Positions 35,989 to 47,030 of a stretch of DNA of 64,000 nucleotides are shown one piece after another. The first letter of the stretch is position 1. Every line of letters starts with the position of its first letter. The notes under the pieces were generated by a model, which was not told the origin of the DNA, made no database searches, and saw nothing but the letters and a program-made list of their open reading frames with translations. The stretch lies in NCBI GenBank assembly GCA_964447075.1, contig CAYUQY010000002.1, positions 11,317 to 75,316 on the forward strand, read 5' to 3'. Source of the DNA: an uncultured Pseudomonadales bacterium (GTDB lineage: Bacteria > Patescibacteriota > Microgenomatia > UBA1400 > PJMF01). The position numbers were made by a program, and so were the translations under genes.

Positions 35989-36774
35989 GTGAATTTAGTC
36001 CACTTTCCTATACAATTGACTCAGCTGCAAGACTTACCCCTCCAGACACCACAAGACTTACCCCCTCAGACACCAGTTGAAACTCCTCCTAAATATACTG
36101 TTCAACTCTGGTCTAAGCTCTACTATTACTTGAAAAGAGTTGTTAGTAATCCTATCTTTTTATCCTTAGTCTCAGTGGTCTTGATAATCTACGGCATAAC
36201 AGCGCTGGCTCTAACCTACGGCCCCATCATCCAAGTAGAAGCAATCTATCAGTATAAAACTTTCTTATTTCAGACTTTTCACGTAACTTCATTGAGAGAG
36301 CTGATTCTGCCTACACTTAAGTTCGATTATCAGGGCCAGAGCTCACACAGGGATTTTGGCTTGGTGATTCCAGCTATTTACCTCAATGAACCCATCATTG
36401 CTGATGTCGATCCTAATGACGAAGCGATGTACACTCAGGCACTAAAAAAAGGTATTGCCCATGCTGCAGGCACTGCCAATCCAGGCGATGTTGGGATAGG
36501 CTACTACTTTGCTCACTCATCCTCACCAGCGCTCAAGTCCCAATATAATGCAGTTTTTTACACCTTAGGCAAGCTAAAAAAGGCTGACCAAATCTTCGTC
36601 TGGAAGGATCAAAAGAAATTTACTTACTCCGTGACCGAGATCAAAGAAACTTCGCCCGATGACGTCAGTTTTCTAGAGGGAACTCCAGGCGCCCAGTCGA
36701 TAGTTCTGCAGACCTGCTGGCCGGCTGGATCGACCGCCAAAAGGTTGCTAGTTTTTGCTCAACTTGAGGATTGA
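35989..36774 (+). CDS. Sortase
   Basis: N-terminal TM, LVIPAI, GIAH, FAHSS (His), LQTCWP (Cys) and KRLLV (Arg). Confidence 0.9.
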   Translation: MNLVHFPIQLTQLQDLPLQTPQDLPPQTPVETPPKYTVQLWSKLYYYLKRVVSNPIFLSLVSVVLIIYGITALALTYGPIIQVEAIYQYKTFLFQTFHVTSLRELILPTLKFDYQGQSSHRDFGLVIPAIYLNEPIIADVDPNDEAMYTQALKKGIAHAAGTANPGDVGIGYYFAHSSSPALKSQYNAVFYTLGKLKKADQIFVWKDQKKFTYSVTEIKETSPDDVSFLEGTPGAQSIVLQTCWPAGSTAKRLLVFAQLED

Positions 36775-36799
36775 CTTTTACCCCCCTTCATAAGACAAT
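36771..36799 (+). promoter_or_regulatory. rRNA promoter
   Basis: TTGACT-17 nt-GACAAT about 260 nt upstream of 16S, followed by hairpins and boxA-like sequences. Confidence 0.65.
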
Positions 36800-36921
36800 C
36801 CTAATTCCTCAAAAATAAGTCTGGAGGCATAAGCCACCAGGGACTGTTTTTCAATAATTGGATCGAGTTCTTTCACAAGTTAAGAGATTACTTGTGTTTT
36901 TCTGTTTGCAAAACACAATAA

Positions 36922-36952
36922 TCACCATCTGAAACAAACATGGTGGTACATA
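36922..36952 (+). other. 5' arm of the pre-16S processing stem (pairs with 38640-38671)
   Basis: TCACCA-TCTGA-AA-CAAACA-T-GGTGGTACATA is complementary to TATGTGCCACC-T-TGTTTG-AG-TCAGA-T-TGGTGA. Confidence 0.8.
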
Positions 36953-37057
36953 CTGCTTTAAAGAGCGATAGTGTGTACCTCCATTCATTTGAAGATACAC
37001 ATATATCCGCTCAATTCTTTTCTCTATTTTTTTATTAATATACAGAAATCGAATTCT

Positions 37058-38535
<1,478 letters not shown>

Positions 38536-38692
38536 TAAGGAGTATGGGTGGCGGACATCACGGCCCGCCATATTCCCTTCTAGCAGCAATGCTAGATGAA
38601 TCTTTCAAAATCCAGTGATATTCGTGTCCTGGTAGTAGCTATGTGCCACCTTGTTTGAGTCAGATTGGTGAATTTTTCTCTTTTTAAAATCT

Positions 38693-38727
38693 AAACCGTC
38701 ACTTGTATCTAGGTGGCGGTTTTTTGT
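38693..38727 (+). terminator. Intrinsic terminator ending the 16S transcript
   Basis: AAACCGTCACTT-GTATCT-AGGTGGCGGTTT 12-bp stem (two G-U) followed by a T tract. Confidence 0.8.
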
Positions 38728-38885
38728 AGTTCTTGAAGTTTCTGACCTGATACTTAATGCCAAGGTAATCAAACTTAAGAACTCATCACACCCAGTTCTA
38801 GATATCGTTCTCTGCATAAGTCGTACGACCGGTTAAAACTGTATCCCATGCGCTGACCTCTGCTCACAATCTTACGAACTGTCAA

Positions 38886-38914
38886 TTGACCTACCAAAAA
38901 TACTGCCCTATGCT
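38886..38914 (+). promoter_or_regulatory. Sigma70 promoter of the dockerin/cohesin gene pair
   Basis: TTGACC-17-TATGCT; implies the start codon is ATG 38958, not TTG 38886. Confidence 0.55.
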
Positions 38915-38957
38915 AATTAGCGTAGTATTTACTCATCCTCAAAAACCATTAGTCGGC

Positions 38958-41900
38958 ATGGAAAAACAAATTTCTAAAAGTCATTTTTTTCTTTCTTTCA
39001 TTGGTAATCTCTTTGCCCTTGCTTTTCTAGCTATCAGCCTTTCATCATTTTTTATAAATAGAGCTACAACACATCAAGTTCAAGCCCAGTCCTCATCATT
39101 CACCTTTGGAGCAGCAGGTGACTTTGGCTGCATGTCAAGCTCATGCAATGGCTATAAAGTCCTGCAAAAAGCTAATACTGAAAATCTCAATTTTTTGCTC
39201 GCTGTCGGTGATCTTGCATACGGCAGTAACCTGCCTGAGTCTACCTGGTGTCAAAACGCCAAAAATGCCCTTGGAGCGGTGCCCATGCAGATCATCTCAG
39301 GCAATCACGAAACATGCGGGCATAATGCCAACTATCCTACTTCAATAGATGATGGCTACATTGACAGATTCACTACTCCAACTTGTTTGCCAATTGGTTT
39401 GGGAGCCATACCCAGAGAAAGCGATGAGCTTGGCAAGGAGTACTACTTTGACTATCCACTTGCTCCAGCCGCACCACTGGCTCGTTTTATACTCCTTTCA
39501 CCACGCGCAAACTACGCCCCACCAGGTGGATCTTGTGCTTCGCCAGAATACTACGACTTTGTAAAAAATGACGTCCACTACACTTGGGCCAAAAGTAAAA
39601 TTCAAGAAGCTAGAGCTGCAGGAATCCCTTGGGTAATTGGAGTAAATCATGAAAACTACATCAGTACAGGTGATAAGACCGATGAAATCGGAACTGACTT
39701 CTTCAACCTTCTCCTAGGTGAGGGCTTAGGACCAAGTGGCGCACCTGGGCAAGGGGTAGATCTAATTCTCCAAGGACACGATCACAACTACCAGCGAAGC
39801 AAGCTCCTGGGTCTAAATTCAGCTACCTGTCCCAAGATTCTTGGCAGCGGATTTGATGCTGACTGCATCAAAGAAAGTGGCAGTAACTTCACCAAAGGTC
39901 AAGGTACAGTACTTGTCATCAACGGTACTGGTGGCCTAGGTCACTATCCAACCAATGTAGGCGATACCCAGAATCCATATTTTTCAAGTTGGAACGATAC
40001 CGCTTTTGGACTGATCAAATTTGTTGTCACTCCAGATCAGATTTATGGAGAGTACAAATCTGTAGTGGGCACCCACACCGACAGCTTTACAATCTCTACC
40101 AACCCCACCCCCCCTAGCTCACCAACTCCAGTACCATCATCAACACCACCTCCTTCGTCAGCTAGCCCTAGTCCTAGCCCTTCCCAATCCCCACTGCCAT
40201 CAGCAGGACCTTCTACCACATTTGTCCCTTTTGGCTCAAGTTGGAAGTACTTAGATAATGGTTCTAACCAAGCTACACTCTGGAAAGAGCGCACCTTTAG
40301 TGACCTAAATTGGGCTTCTGGTAGCTCTGAGTTGGGCTACGGAGATAGCGATGAAGCCACTGTCGTAAGTTATGGTCCGGACTCAGCCAACAAGTACGTC
40401 ACCACTTACTTCAGAAAGAGTTTTGACTTGACCAACCATCAGTCGTTCAGCGGACTAACTCTCAAGCTAGTCAGAGATGATGGGGGCGTTGTGTACCTTA
40501 ATGGTACAGAGGTGCATCGTAGCAACATGCCAACTGGAGCTATCTCATACACGACACAAGCTTCCAGCTCCATAGAGGAAACTCAGGACACGGTCTCAGT
40601 TCCTGCATCATTCCTAGTGGAAGGAAATAACACCTTAGCGGTGGAAATTCATCAGTCAAATGTCACCTCTTCAGATATAAGTTTTAATTTAGAGCTAACT
40701 GGTATCAGTAGTGGTGCCTCAGCTACACCTTCGCCACAATCACCGTCGCCGACCCCACAACCTACTTCTCCAACTCCTTCACCCACGCCAGCTCCAATTC
40801 CAGGAGATGCCAATGGAGATGGTGCCGTCAATGAAGCAGATTATTTGATCTGGAAAGACCACTATGGACAAACGATAGCGGGTGGAAATCAAGTTGGCGA
40901 CTTTGATAGTGATAGTAAAATTGATGGAGTTGATTACTCGATTTGGCTGTCTCACCTAGTCATTGATTCTTCATCACCGCTACCTACTGCTTCTCCAGCT
41001 GGAATTACTTATTATGTTGATTGCAACAGTGGGGTTGATAGTAACGCCGGGCTATCGCAAGATTCTGCGTGGCAAACTCTTACTAGAGCCAATGCAGCTA
41101 ACTTAGATCCTGGTCAGTCACTCTTGCTAAAAAGAGGTTGTGTCTGGAATGAGGGGCTTTTACTTGCAACAGAAGATAGCGGCTCAGCGCTTCAAAACGT
41201 TTTGGTTTCTGCCTATGGATCCGGAGAGCTGCCCAAAATTCAAAGAAATGCTAACTCCACAGTAGCTATCAAAACATCTGGCTCTTACATAACCATTGAG
41301 AATGTCTTAGCCGAAGCTCTGCCTTTCAATCTCGACCCAGATTGTGGCAGTAATCCCGTTGGCTATGTCCTAGGTTTTTCATTTGAAAAAGGGGCTTCAT
41401 ATAACACTTTGAGAAACTCTGTGGCCACCGGCAACTACGCGGGTGTATACCTAAAAGCTGGAGCTCACCATAATCTGGTGACCAACAACATCCTCAGCAA
41501 TAACATCATGATGAATCCACTTGACATTACCGTCATCATTGACGGTACCGCCATCAATAACAACAATGACGCTGGTGCATTTGGAGTCCTAATTCACGGC
41601 AATAACAATGAAGTAGCCTACAACACCATTTCTGGCCATGATGCCTGTTCATATGACTATGTCCGTGACGGGGCAGCTGTGGAGATATATGGAGACAGTG
41701 CAGTCAATCCCGACGGCACAATCAATCCCGCAACTCAAAACTCAATCCATCACAATCGAGCTCACAATAACGATGCCTTTACAGAACTGGGTAAAGAGAC
41801 GAATGGGGAAGCGCAGAACAACACGTATGCATATAACCTAGTCACTTCCACCTTACCAAGCTCAATAGGTGTGGTCACTCGCGGAGCAGGTAGTAGCTAT

Positions 41901-42314
41901 GGACCGGTGCTTGGAACAAAGCTTTTCAACAACACTTTTTACCTAACTGGACAGTCAGCCCAAGGGGTGGTCTGTAGCTCTGGCTGCAGCGCTGACATTC
42001 TCACCATGAAAAATAATCTCATCTGGGCAAACTGGAAGGCTGCCTATGCTGATGCTCCATTTGGCGAAGGGCATAATGACTACTGGAAAACCGGAGGTTC
42101 GCCACTGATCCAAGGTTATGTACCTACAGCTACCTCTATAAGAATGGATCCACTATTTGTTTCATCTGGCTCAGATTTTCATCTACAAACCAGCAGTCCA
42201 GCCAAAAACATTGGAACAGACGAATCTACCACTGCAGGTTTTGGGTCTGATCTAGATGGCACGATAGTTCCGCAAGGTGTTGGAGTAGACCTTGGAGCCT
42301 TTGAGTGGAAGTAA
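38958..42314 (+). CDS. Multidomain surface protein: metallophosphoesterase, galactose-binding-like domain, dockerin, right-handed beta-helix
   Basis: AAGDFG, AVGDLAY, SGNHE, LQGHDHNYQR; WKYLDNG..ELGYGD..YFRKSF..RDDG.VVYLNG; GDANGDGAVNEADY..GDFDSDSKIDGVDY; YYVDC..G.D and Asn-ladder beta-helix ending DLGAFE. Confidence 0.85.
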   Translation: MEKQISKSHFFLSFIGNLFALAFLAISLSSFFINRATTHQVQAQSSSFTFGAAGDFGCMSSSCNGYKVLQKANTENLNFLLAVGDLAYGSNLPESTWCQNAKNALGAVPMQIISGNHETCGHNANYPTSIDDGYIDRFTTPTCLPIGLGAIPRESDELGKEYYFDYPLAPAAPLARFILLSPRANYAPPGGSCASPEYYDFVKNDVHYTWAKSKIQEARAAGIPWVIGVNHENYISTGDKTDEIGTDFFNLLLGEGLGPSGAPGQGVDLILQGHDHNYQRSKLLGLNSATCPKILGSGFDADCIKESGSNFTKGQGTVLVINGTGGLGHYPTNVGDTQNPYFSSWNDTAFGLIKFVVTPDQIYGEYKSVVGTHTDSFTISTNPTPPSSPTPVPSSTPPPSSASPSPSPSQSPLPSAGPSTTFVPFGSSWKYLDNGSNQATLWKERTFSDLNWASGSSELGYGDSDEATVVSYGPDSANKYVTTYFRKSFDLTNHQSFSGLTLKLVRDDGGVVYLNGTEVHRSNMPTGAISYTTQASSSIEETQDTVSVPASFLVEGNNTLAVEIHQSNVTSSDISFNLELTGISSGASATPSPQSPSPTPQPTSPTPSPTPAPIPGDANGDGAVNEADYLIWKDHYGQTIAGGNQVGDFDSDSKIDGVDYSIWLSHLVIDSSSPLPTASPAGITYYVDCNSGVDSNAGLSQDSAWQTLTRANAANLDPGQSLLLKRGCVWNEGLLLATEDSGSALQNVLVSAYGSGELPKIQRNANSTVAIKTSGSYITIENVLAEALPFNLDPDCGSNPVGYVLGFSFEKGASYNTLRNSVATGNYAGVYLKAGAHHNLVTNNILSNNIMMNPLDITVIIDGTAINNNNDAGAFGVLIHGNNNEVAYNTISGHDACSYDYVRDGAAVEIYGDSAVNPDGTINPATQNSIHHNRAHNNDAFTELGKETNGEAQNNTYAYNLVTSTLPSSIGVVTRGAGSSYGPVLGTKLFNNTFYLTGQSAQGVVCSSGCSADILTMKNNLIWANWKAAYADAPFGEGHNDYWKTGGSPLIQGYVPTATSIRMDPLFVSSGSDFHLQTSSPAKNIGTDESTTAGFGSDLDGTIVPQGVGVDLGAFEWK

Positions 42315-42319
42315 AACAT

Positions 42320-43351
42320 ATGAAAAACTCATCACTTGATATATCTCAAACTAATCCACTGATGAAGCTGACCAGTGTAAAAAGCTCAAAAGAGAAGTTG
42401 ATAGTCTCAGCGATTGTGCTAACTGTCCTAATTTTTGTCCTAGGAATTGGTCTAAGCTTGTCAAAGTCAGCCACAAATCTTGGTAGCAAAGCAGCCGGAA
42501 CAGGTACCGTTTTCTTTACTCCTACGACCCAGTCTCTGCCGCCTGACGCAACTTTAATGCTTCAGCTGGATTCCCGACTAACTCCAGTGGTCTTTGCCCA
42601 TATTGAGGTCAACTTTGATCCAACCAAAGTCCAGCTTGTGCAAAATGTGCAGTTGAGTAATCCTAAGCTAACTAGAGTCGTTGTCTTGACGCCAAGCTCA
42701 GAGGCCAATACAGTTGGAAAAGTGAAGATAGCTCTAGGCTTAGATCCTTTATATAAAATGACTCCACCGGTAGGAACAATAGATCTAGCAAGCCTTAAAT
42801 TCAAATCTATGACTCAGGATCCCAACACTGTAACGAACATTATAATTGACGGCCTGCATCAACAGATTGTGGGGGCTGACTCCACAACATTAGGAATTTC
42901 TACTCAGGATGCGACTCTAACTTTAAACCCTCAACCTTCTCCCTCACCAGCTGCCTCTCCATCACCCATCGCTAGCATCCCTCCCTCACCATCTGCCTCT
43001 CCATCACCAATCGCTAGCATCCTTCCCTCACCATCTGCCTCTCCATCCTCTTCCCCTCAGCCAAGTACATCTCCTCTTCCTATTAGCGTGACAATCACAA
43101 ACCCTCTAAATAACAGCACTGTAAGAGCCAACTCATACGTGAACATCGTCGCTGCTACCTCACCAAACATCACAAAAGTCGAGTTCTTGGTTAACAACTC
43201 GCTAAAGTGTGCCGATGTCGTCGTTCCTTTTTCATGCAGTTGGAAAGTTCCTGGCAAACAAAATGTGCTCTACAAACTTACAGCCAAAGCCTATGACAGT
43301 TCAGGCAACACAAGCCTATATAGTATTTTTGTAACTTCGAAGCGACAATAA
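42320..43351 (+). CDS. Membrane-anchored cohesin-like domain protein with PS linker and Ig-like (Big) domain
   Basis: TM, then LMLQLD...AHIEVNFDPTKVQLV...GKVKIALG...LASLKFK (cohesin pattern); VTITNP.N...KVEFLVN...PF...W...LTAKAYD.SGN (Big). Confidence 0.75.
   Translation: MKNSSLDISQTNPLMKLTSVKSSKEKLIVSAIVLTVLIFVLGIGLSLSKSATNLGSKAAGTGTVFFTPTTQSLPPDATLMLQLDSRLTPVVFAHIEVNFDPTKVQLVQNVQLSNPKLTRVVVLTPSSEANTVGKVKIALGLDPLYKMTPPVGTIDLASLKFKSMTQDPNTVTNIIIDGLHQQIVGADSTTLGISTQDATLTLNPQPSPSPAASPSPIASIPPSPSASPSPIASILPSPSASPSSSPQPSTSPLPISVTITNPLNNSTVRANSYVNIVAATSPNITKVEFLVNNSLKCADVVVPFSCSWKVPGKQNVLYKLTAKAYDSSGNTSLYSIFVTSKRQ
42939..43047 (+). repeat. 42-bp coding tandem repeat (about 2.6 copies) encoding PSPSASPSPIASI(P/L)
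   Basis: Units begin at 42939, 42981 and 43023 and are nearly identical. Confidence 0.9.
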
Positions 43352-43515
43352 GAGTTTTTAGCCTTAATTCAATATTTTTCCAAAATTCTCAGTTGCTTGA
43401 TAGTTAACAGAAAGAGAGCTCGATCGAGAATCAAAAAATACTATCAAGTACAGTAAGCGCTTCTTACTTCCCACTTGCGCAGCAAGCCCTAAATGCGCCA
43501 CAATCATTCTCAACT

Positions 43516-43965
43516 ATGTCACTACTCACTGCTTTTCAAAATATCATCCGCACTCCGTCTGCTGCTTCACCTGCTAGTGCTTCAATGACTTTAGATACTC
43601 CCCAAGCTATCCAAAGCAGCAATCAAGAAAATACTCAATCAGTTGCAGTTACCCCAGAATCACCAATATCTACTGGAGCTCAACAATCAACCATAGCTAA
43701 TCAATCCCTCCAAACCACACCAACTAGCCCAACTCTAACAACGCCTATCATTTCGTTTCCAGTCAACTCAGGCGAATCCATGCGGAGTAGAGTTCTAGCT
43801 CCACCACGGCCAGTACCCATCACTCCAGAGCTGAGTAGAAGCACCCCAGCCCAATCAAATTTAGCCCAATCACCAGCAGAAAATTTAGAAAACTCTTTCT
43901 ACACTCATCCTCCAGATTCCAGTCTTCAAAACAACACATCAGACTCTACTGTCAATAGATTTTAA
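43516..43965 (+). CDS. Ser/Thr/Pro/Gln-rich, probably disordered, hypothetical protein
   Basis: 149-aa ORF with upstream TTGCGC-18-CACAAT; low complexity. Confidence 0.55.
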   Translation: MSLLTAFQNIIRTPSAASPASASMTLDTPQAIQSSNQENTQSVAVTPESPISTGAQQSTIANQSLQTTPTSPTLTTPIISFPVNSGESMRSRVLAPPRPVPITPELSRSTPAQSNLAQSPAENLENSFYTHPPDSSLQNNTSDSTVNRF

Positions 43966-44033
43966 TTAACAATTTGAATCGCAAATTTATTTTTTTTCTA
44001 GCGTCTTACATATAACTGCAGCTCCACCCATCT

Positions 44034-45632
44034 CTATCTACTTTTAAGATTCTTAGTAATTTTAGTTTTTTTAGTTCTTTTATGAGATGCAGTTTCAATG
44101 GCTTTTACTTTAGGCACATCAGCAGTTTTTAGTAACAGTCCTGCCTCAAGTTCTTCTGCGTGTTTGAGACCTCTTCGGATTGAATTTTTAGCCGCAGTAG
44201 TCACCACAAACTCGAGCCAATCTGGATTAGGTTTAGTTCTCCCTCTATCAAGAATTATCTTGACAATGTCGCCATTTTTCAGCTGGTAATTGAGCGTCAC
44301 CATCCTACCATTTACACTTGCGCCGACTGCCTGATGACCTAGCTCCGTGTGGACGCTGTAGGCAAAGTCTATAGGTGTTGCCATGCGAGGCAAGTCGTAT
44401 ACATCGCCTCGTGGAGAAAAAACTAGATTACGATGTTGCAAAGCATCGAACCGTAAGGCGTGAAAATAGTCTTCATTGTTAGTGATTTCCTTCTGCCAAG
44501 CTGCAAGCTGAGTAACCCACGCCAGTTTCTCTTTTGGTACAGCCACCCCATCCTCTAGATCTTGATCTGAAACTCCACTAGACTTTGCCTGGGCATAGTA
44601 CCAATGGGCAGCAACCCCATACTCCGACTGCTCGTGCATCTCTTGAGTACGTATCTGCACCTCACAGATAGACTCATTCGGTCCAATCAGATTTGTGTGA
44701 ATGCTCTTATACCCATTAGGCTTTGGATTGGCAATAAAATCACGAACTCCTAGAAATGGCACCGGATGATAAAGCCTATGTACAACTCCCAAAGTAAGGT
44801 AACAATCTTCCACGTTCTCAACCACTATTCTAAGAGCTTTGATGTCATGCACCTTGGTAATATCTTTATTGTGCTCTGGTCTGAGTAGTTTTAGGTAGAG
44901 ACTATAGAGAAACTTAGCTCGTGTATGGAGAGTTACTTTTTTTATGCCGTGTTCTTTAAGAGCTGTCAGAACTTCACGACGCATTTTTTCGATTATCACA
45001 TTTGCCAGCTTGTAGTACCTAGAGGTGTAGCGCTTGACCCACTCATAGTCCTTGGGATAGACGTAAGGAAAGGCTAAGTCCTCTAACATACCCTTGACGT
45101 GACCCATTCCTAGCCGCTCGGCTAAAGGTGCATACACTTCGAGTGTTTCAGTAGCAATTCGCTTCTGTTTGAGCGGTGGTAGGGCAGCCAATGTCTCCAT
45201 GTTGTGGAGACGGTCAGCTAGTTTGACCAAAACAACCCGTAGGTCTTTGGCCATCGTCAAAATCATCTTGCGCAAGTTCTCAACAAACTCTTCTTGGGTA
45301 TTATTTTTGAGGCGAATATTACTAATCTTGGTCACTCCATCTACCAACACAGCCACACTTTCACCAAAATTTTTCACTATGTCCTGGCGAGTAGCTCCAC
45401 CATCCTCAATAGTGTCGTGCAGTAGCCCAGCCACCACAGAGTCTGTGTCCAATCGCCACTTAACAATCGTCACGGCTATGCTATTTGGATGCTCAATAAA
45501 GGAAGTGCCATCTTTTCGTTTTTGTTCAGTATGAGCCAAGTTGGCAAACTCCCAGGCACTCTGAATTTTTGCTAAGTCCAAAGTTCTTGGAGATCTAGCA
45601 GCTTCGTCAAGCAGATCCTGAAGTAACGACAT
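44034..45632 (-). CDS. rel: RelA/SpoT-family (p)ppGpp synthetase/hydrolase (HD + synthetase + TGS, no ACT)
   Basis: LLHDTIED, KLADRLHNM, YAPLAERLG, PKPNGYKSIH, EVQIRT, GVAAHW and TPIDFAY.VH. Confidence 0.93.
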   Translation of the reverse strand: MSLLQDLLDEAARSPRTLDLAKIQSAWEFANLAHTEQKRKDGTSFIEHPNSIAVTIVKWRLDTDSVVAGLLHDTIEDGGATRQDIVKNFGESVAVLVDGVTKISNIRLKNNTQEEFVENLRKMILTMAKDLRVVLVKLADRLHNMETLAALPPLKQKRIATETLEVYAPLAERLGMGHVKGMLEDLAFPYVYPKDYEWVKRYTSRYYKLANVIIEKMRREVLTALKEHGIKKVTLHTRAKFLYSLYLKLLRPEHNKDITKVHDIKALRIVVENVEDCYLTLGVVHRLYHPVPFLGVRDFIANPKPNGYKSIHTNLIGPNESICEVQIRTQEMHEQSEYGVAAHWYYAQAKSSGVSDQDLEDGVAVPKEKLAWVTQLAAWQKEITNNEDYFHALRFDALQHRNLVFSPRGDVYDLPRMATPIDFAYSVHTELGHQAVGASVNGRMVTLNYQLKNGDIVKIILDRGRTKPNPDWLEFVVTTAAKNSIRRGLKHAEELEAGLLLKTADVPKVKAIETASHKRTKKTKITKNLKSR

Positions 45633-45641
45633 GAGCCTATT

Positions 45642-47030
45642 CTACTCCACAAATGTCAAAGCCACGCCTTTTTTATCAGCTCTGCCAGTACGACCAATTC
45701 TGTGAATATAATCTTCAAGAGTTTCTGGCAAGTCAAAGTTGATCACGTGAGAAACATCATCTATATCAAGTCCTCTAGACGCTACGTCTGTAGCGAGCAA
45801 GACTTTGACTCTGTTACTTTTGAACTGATCAATAGCTTTTTGTCTCTGATACTGAGATTTATTGCCATGAACTGCCGCAGCTGAAATTCCCAAGTCATCA
45901 AGATTTTGTGAAAGTCTCTCTGTAGCTCGCTTTGTTCTCAAGAAAATCAAGACCTTTTTGAACTCATCTTGCATCAACATCTCTTGCAAGACCTCAATCT
46001 TGATACGACCGTTGGTGCGAATGATGTTTTGGTCAATATTACTAGTAGTTGGAGCTGTTTTGACAGAGATCTGTACTGGATTGTTCAAGAAATCTCTCAT
46101 TACTCTCTCGATATCTGACGTCATCGTGGCTGAGAAGAAGAGAGAGTGTCTCTCCTGTGGTAAGAGGGCCACTAAGTGACGTATGTCTCTAATAAAGCCC
46201 ATATTTAACATCTGGTCAACTTCGTCCAAAACTATATTCTGGAAAAACTTTAAGTTGAGAGCGCGTTGGTTTTCCAAATCTTTAAGTCTACCTGGGGTAC
46301 CAATCACAACTCTAGGTGTGCGGCGCAACTTCTGCACCTGAGTGTTGATGTTCATGCCACCTATGCAAAGAGCTGTATTAATACTCATGCCCTTGGCAAA
46401 AAGTTGACATTCTTGCTCTATCTGAACAGCCAGCTCTCTAGTTGGCGCTACAATGAGGATTTTTTGAGTTGAGTCTGCAGACAGCTTCTGAATCAAAGGA
46501 ACCAAAAATGCAGCTGTTTTACCTGTGCCAGTGTTGGCCAGACCAACTACATCACGTCCTGACAAAACAACGGGAATAACTTTATCTTGAATTGGTGTGA
46601 CTTGAGTGTAGCCACGCTCATCAATATTTTTTTGAAGCTGTGAGTGAAGTGAAAAACTTAAGAAAGTGTTTTCTGGCTCATATTGAGTGCTGACTACAGG
46701 AGTTGTAGCCTGGCTTACAAATCTTGATGGGTCAAATGATCTACGAGCTCTCATGGCAGATCTACCGCCTCCTGAGGATCTCTGTCCACCACCAAATGAG
46801 GATCGACCTCCAGAAAATGATCTTGAGCCTCCACCAAATCCTCTCGAACCACCAGAAGAACTACTACGAGCCCCTCCATAGCTACGAGGTCTATCTCCAA
46901 ACGAAGCTCCCTCAGAACTTCTCTGAGAGCCTCTATCCGAGACTGAATCTGATCTACGACTTGTGAAGCCCCTACTGTTTCCACTCTGGCGGTTGCCTGA
47001 TGGAGAGCTTGCGCGCTGTGACTGATACAT
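45642..47030 (-). CDS. DEAD-box RNA helicase (DEVD variant) with Gly/Arg/Ser-rich N-terminus
   Basis: TPIQ, GTGKT, PTRELA, TPGRL, DEVD, SAT, ASRGLD and HRIGRTGR. Confidence 0.95.
   Translation of the reverse strand: MYQSQRASSPSGNRQSGNSRGFTSRRSDSVSDRGSQRSSEGASFGDRPRSYGGARSSSSGGSRGFGGGSRSFSGGRSSFGGGQRSSGGGRSAMRARRSFDPSRFVSQATTPVVSTQYEPENTFLSFSLHSQLQKNIDERGYTQVTPIQDKVIPVVLSGRDVVGLANTGTGKTAAFLVPLIQKLSADSTQKILIVAPTRELAVQIEQECQLFAKGMSINTALCIGGMNINTQVQKLRRTPRVVIGTPGRLKDLENQRALNLKFFQNIVLDEVDQMLNMGFIRDIRHLVALLPQERHSLFFSATMTSDIERVMRDFLNNPVQISVKTAPTTSNIDQNIIRTNGRIKIEVLQEMLMQDEFKKVLIFLRTKRATERLSQNLDDLGISAAAVHGNKSQYQRQKAIDQFKSNRVKVLLATDVASRGLDIDDVSHVINFDLPETLEDYIHRIGRTGRADKKGVALTFVE

Noticed and set aside
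36028-36075. 24-bp tandem duplication (QDLPLQTP/QDLPPQTP) and PT/PS repeats as a CRISPR-like array
   Set aside because: In-frame coding repeats without spacers; no cas genes
43966-44033. Replication terminus at the plus-to-minus gene orientation switch, or a head-on 16S gene
   Set aside because: Spot counts of G versus C were inconsistent and no dif-like site was recognised; needs a cumulative GC-skew calculation
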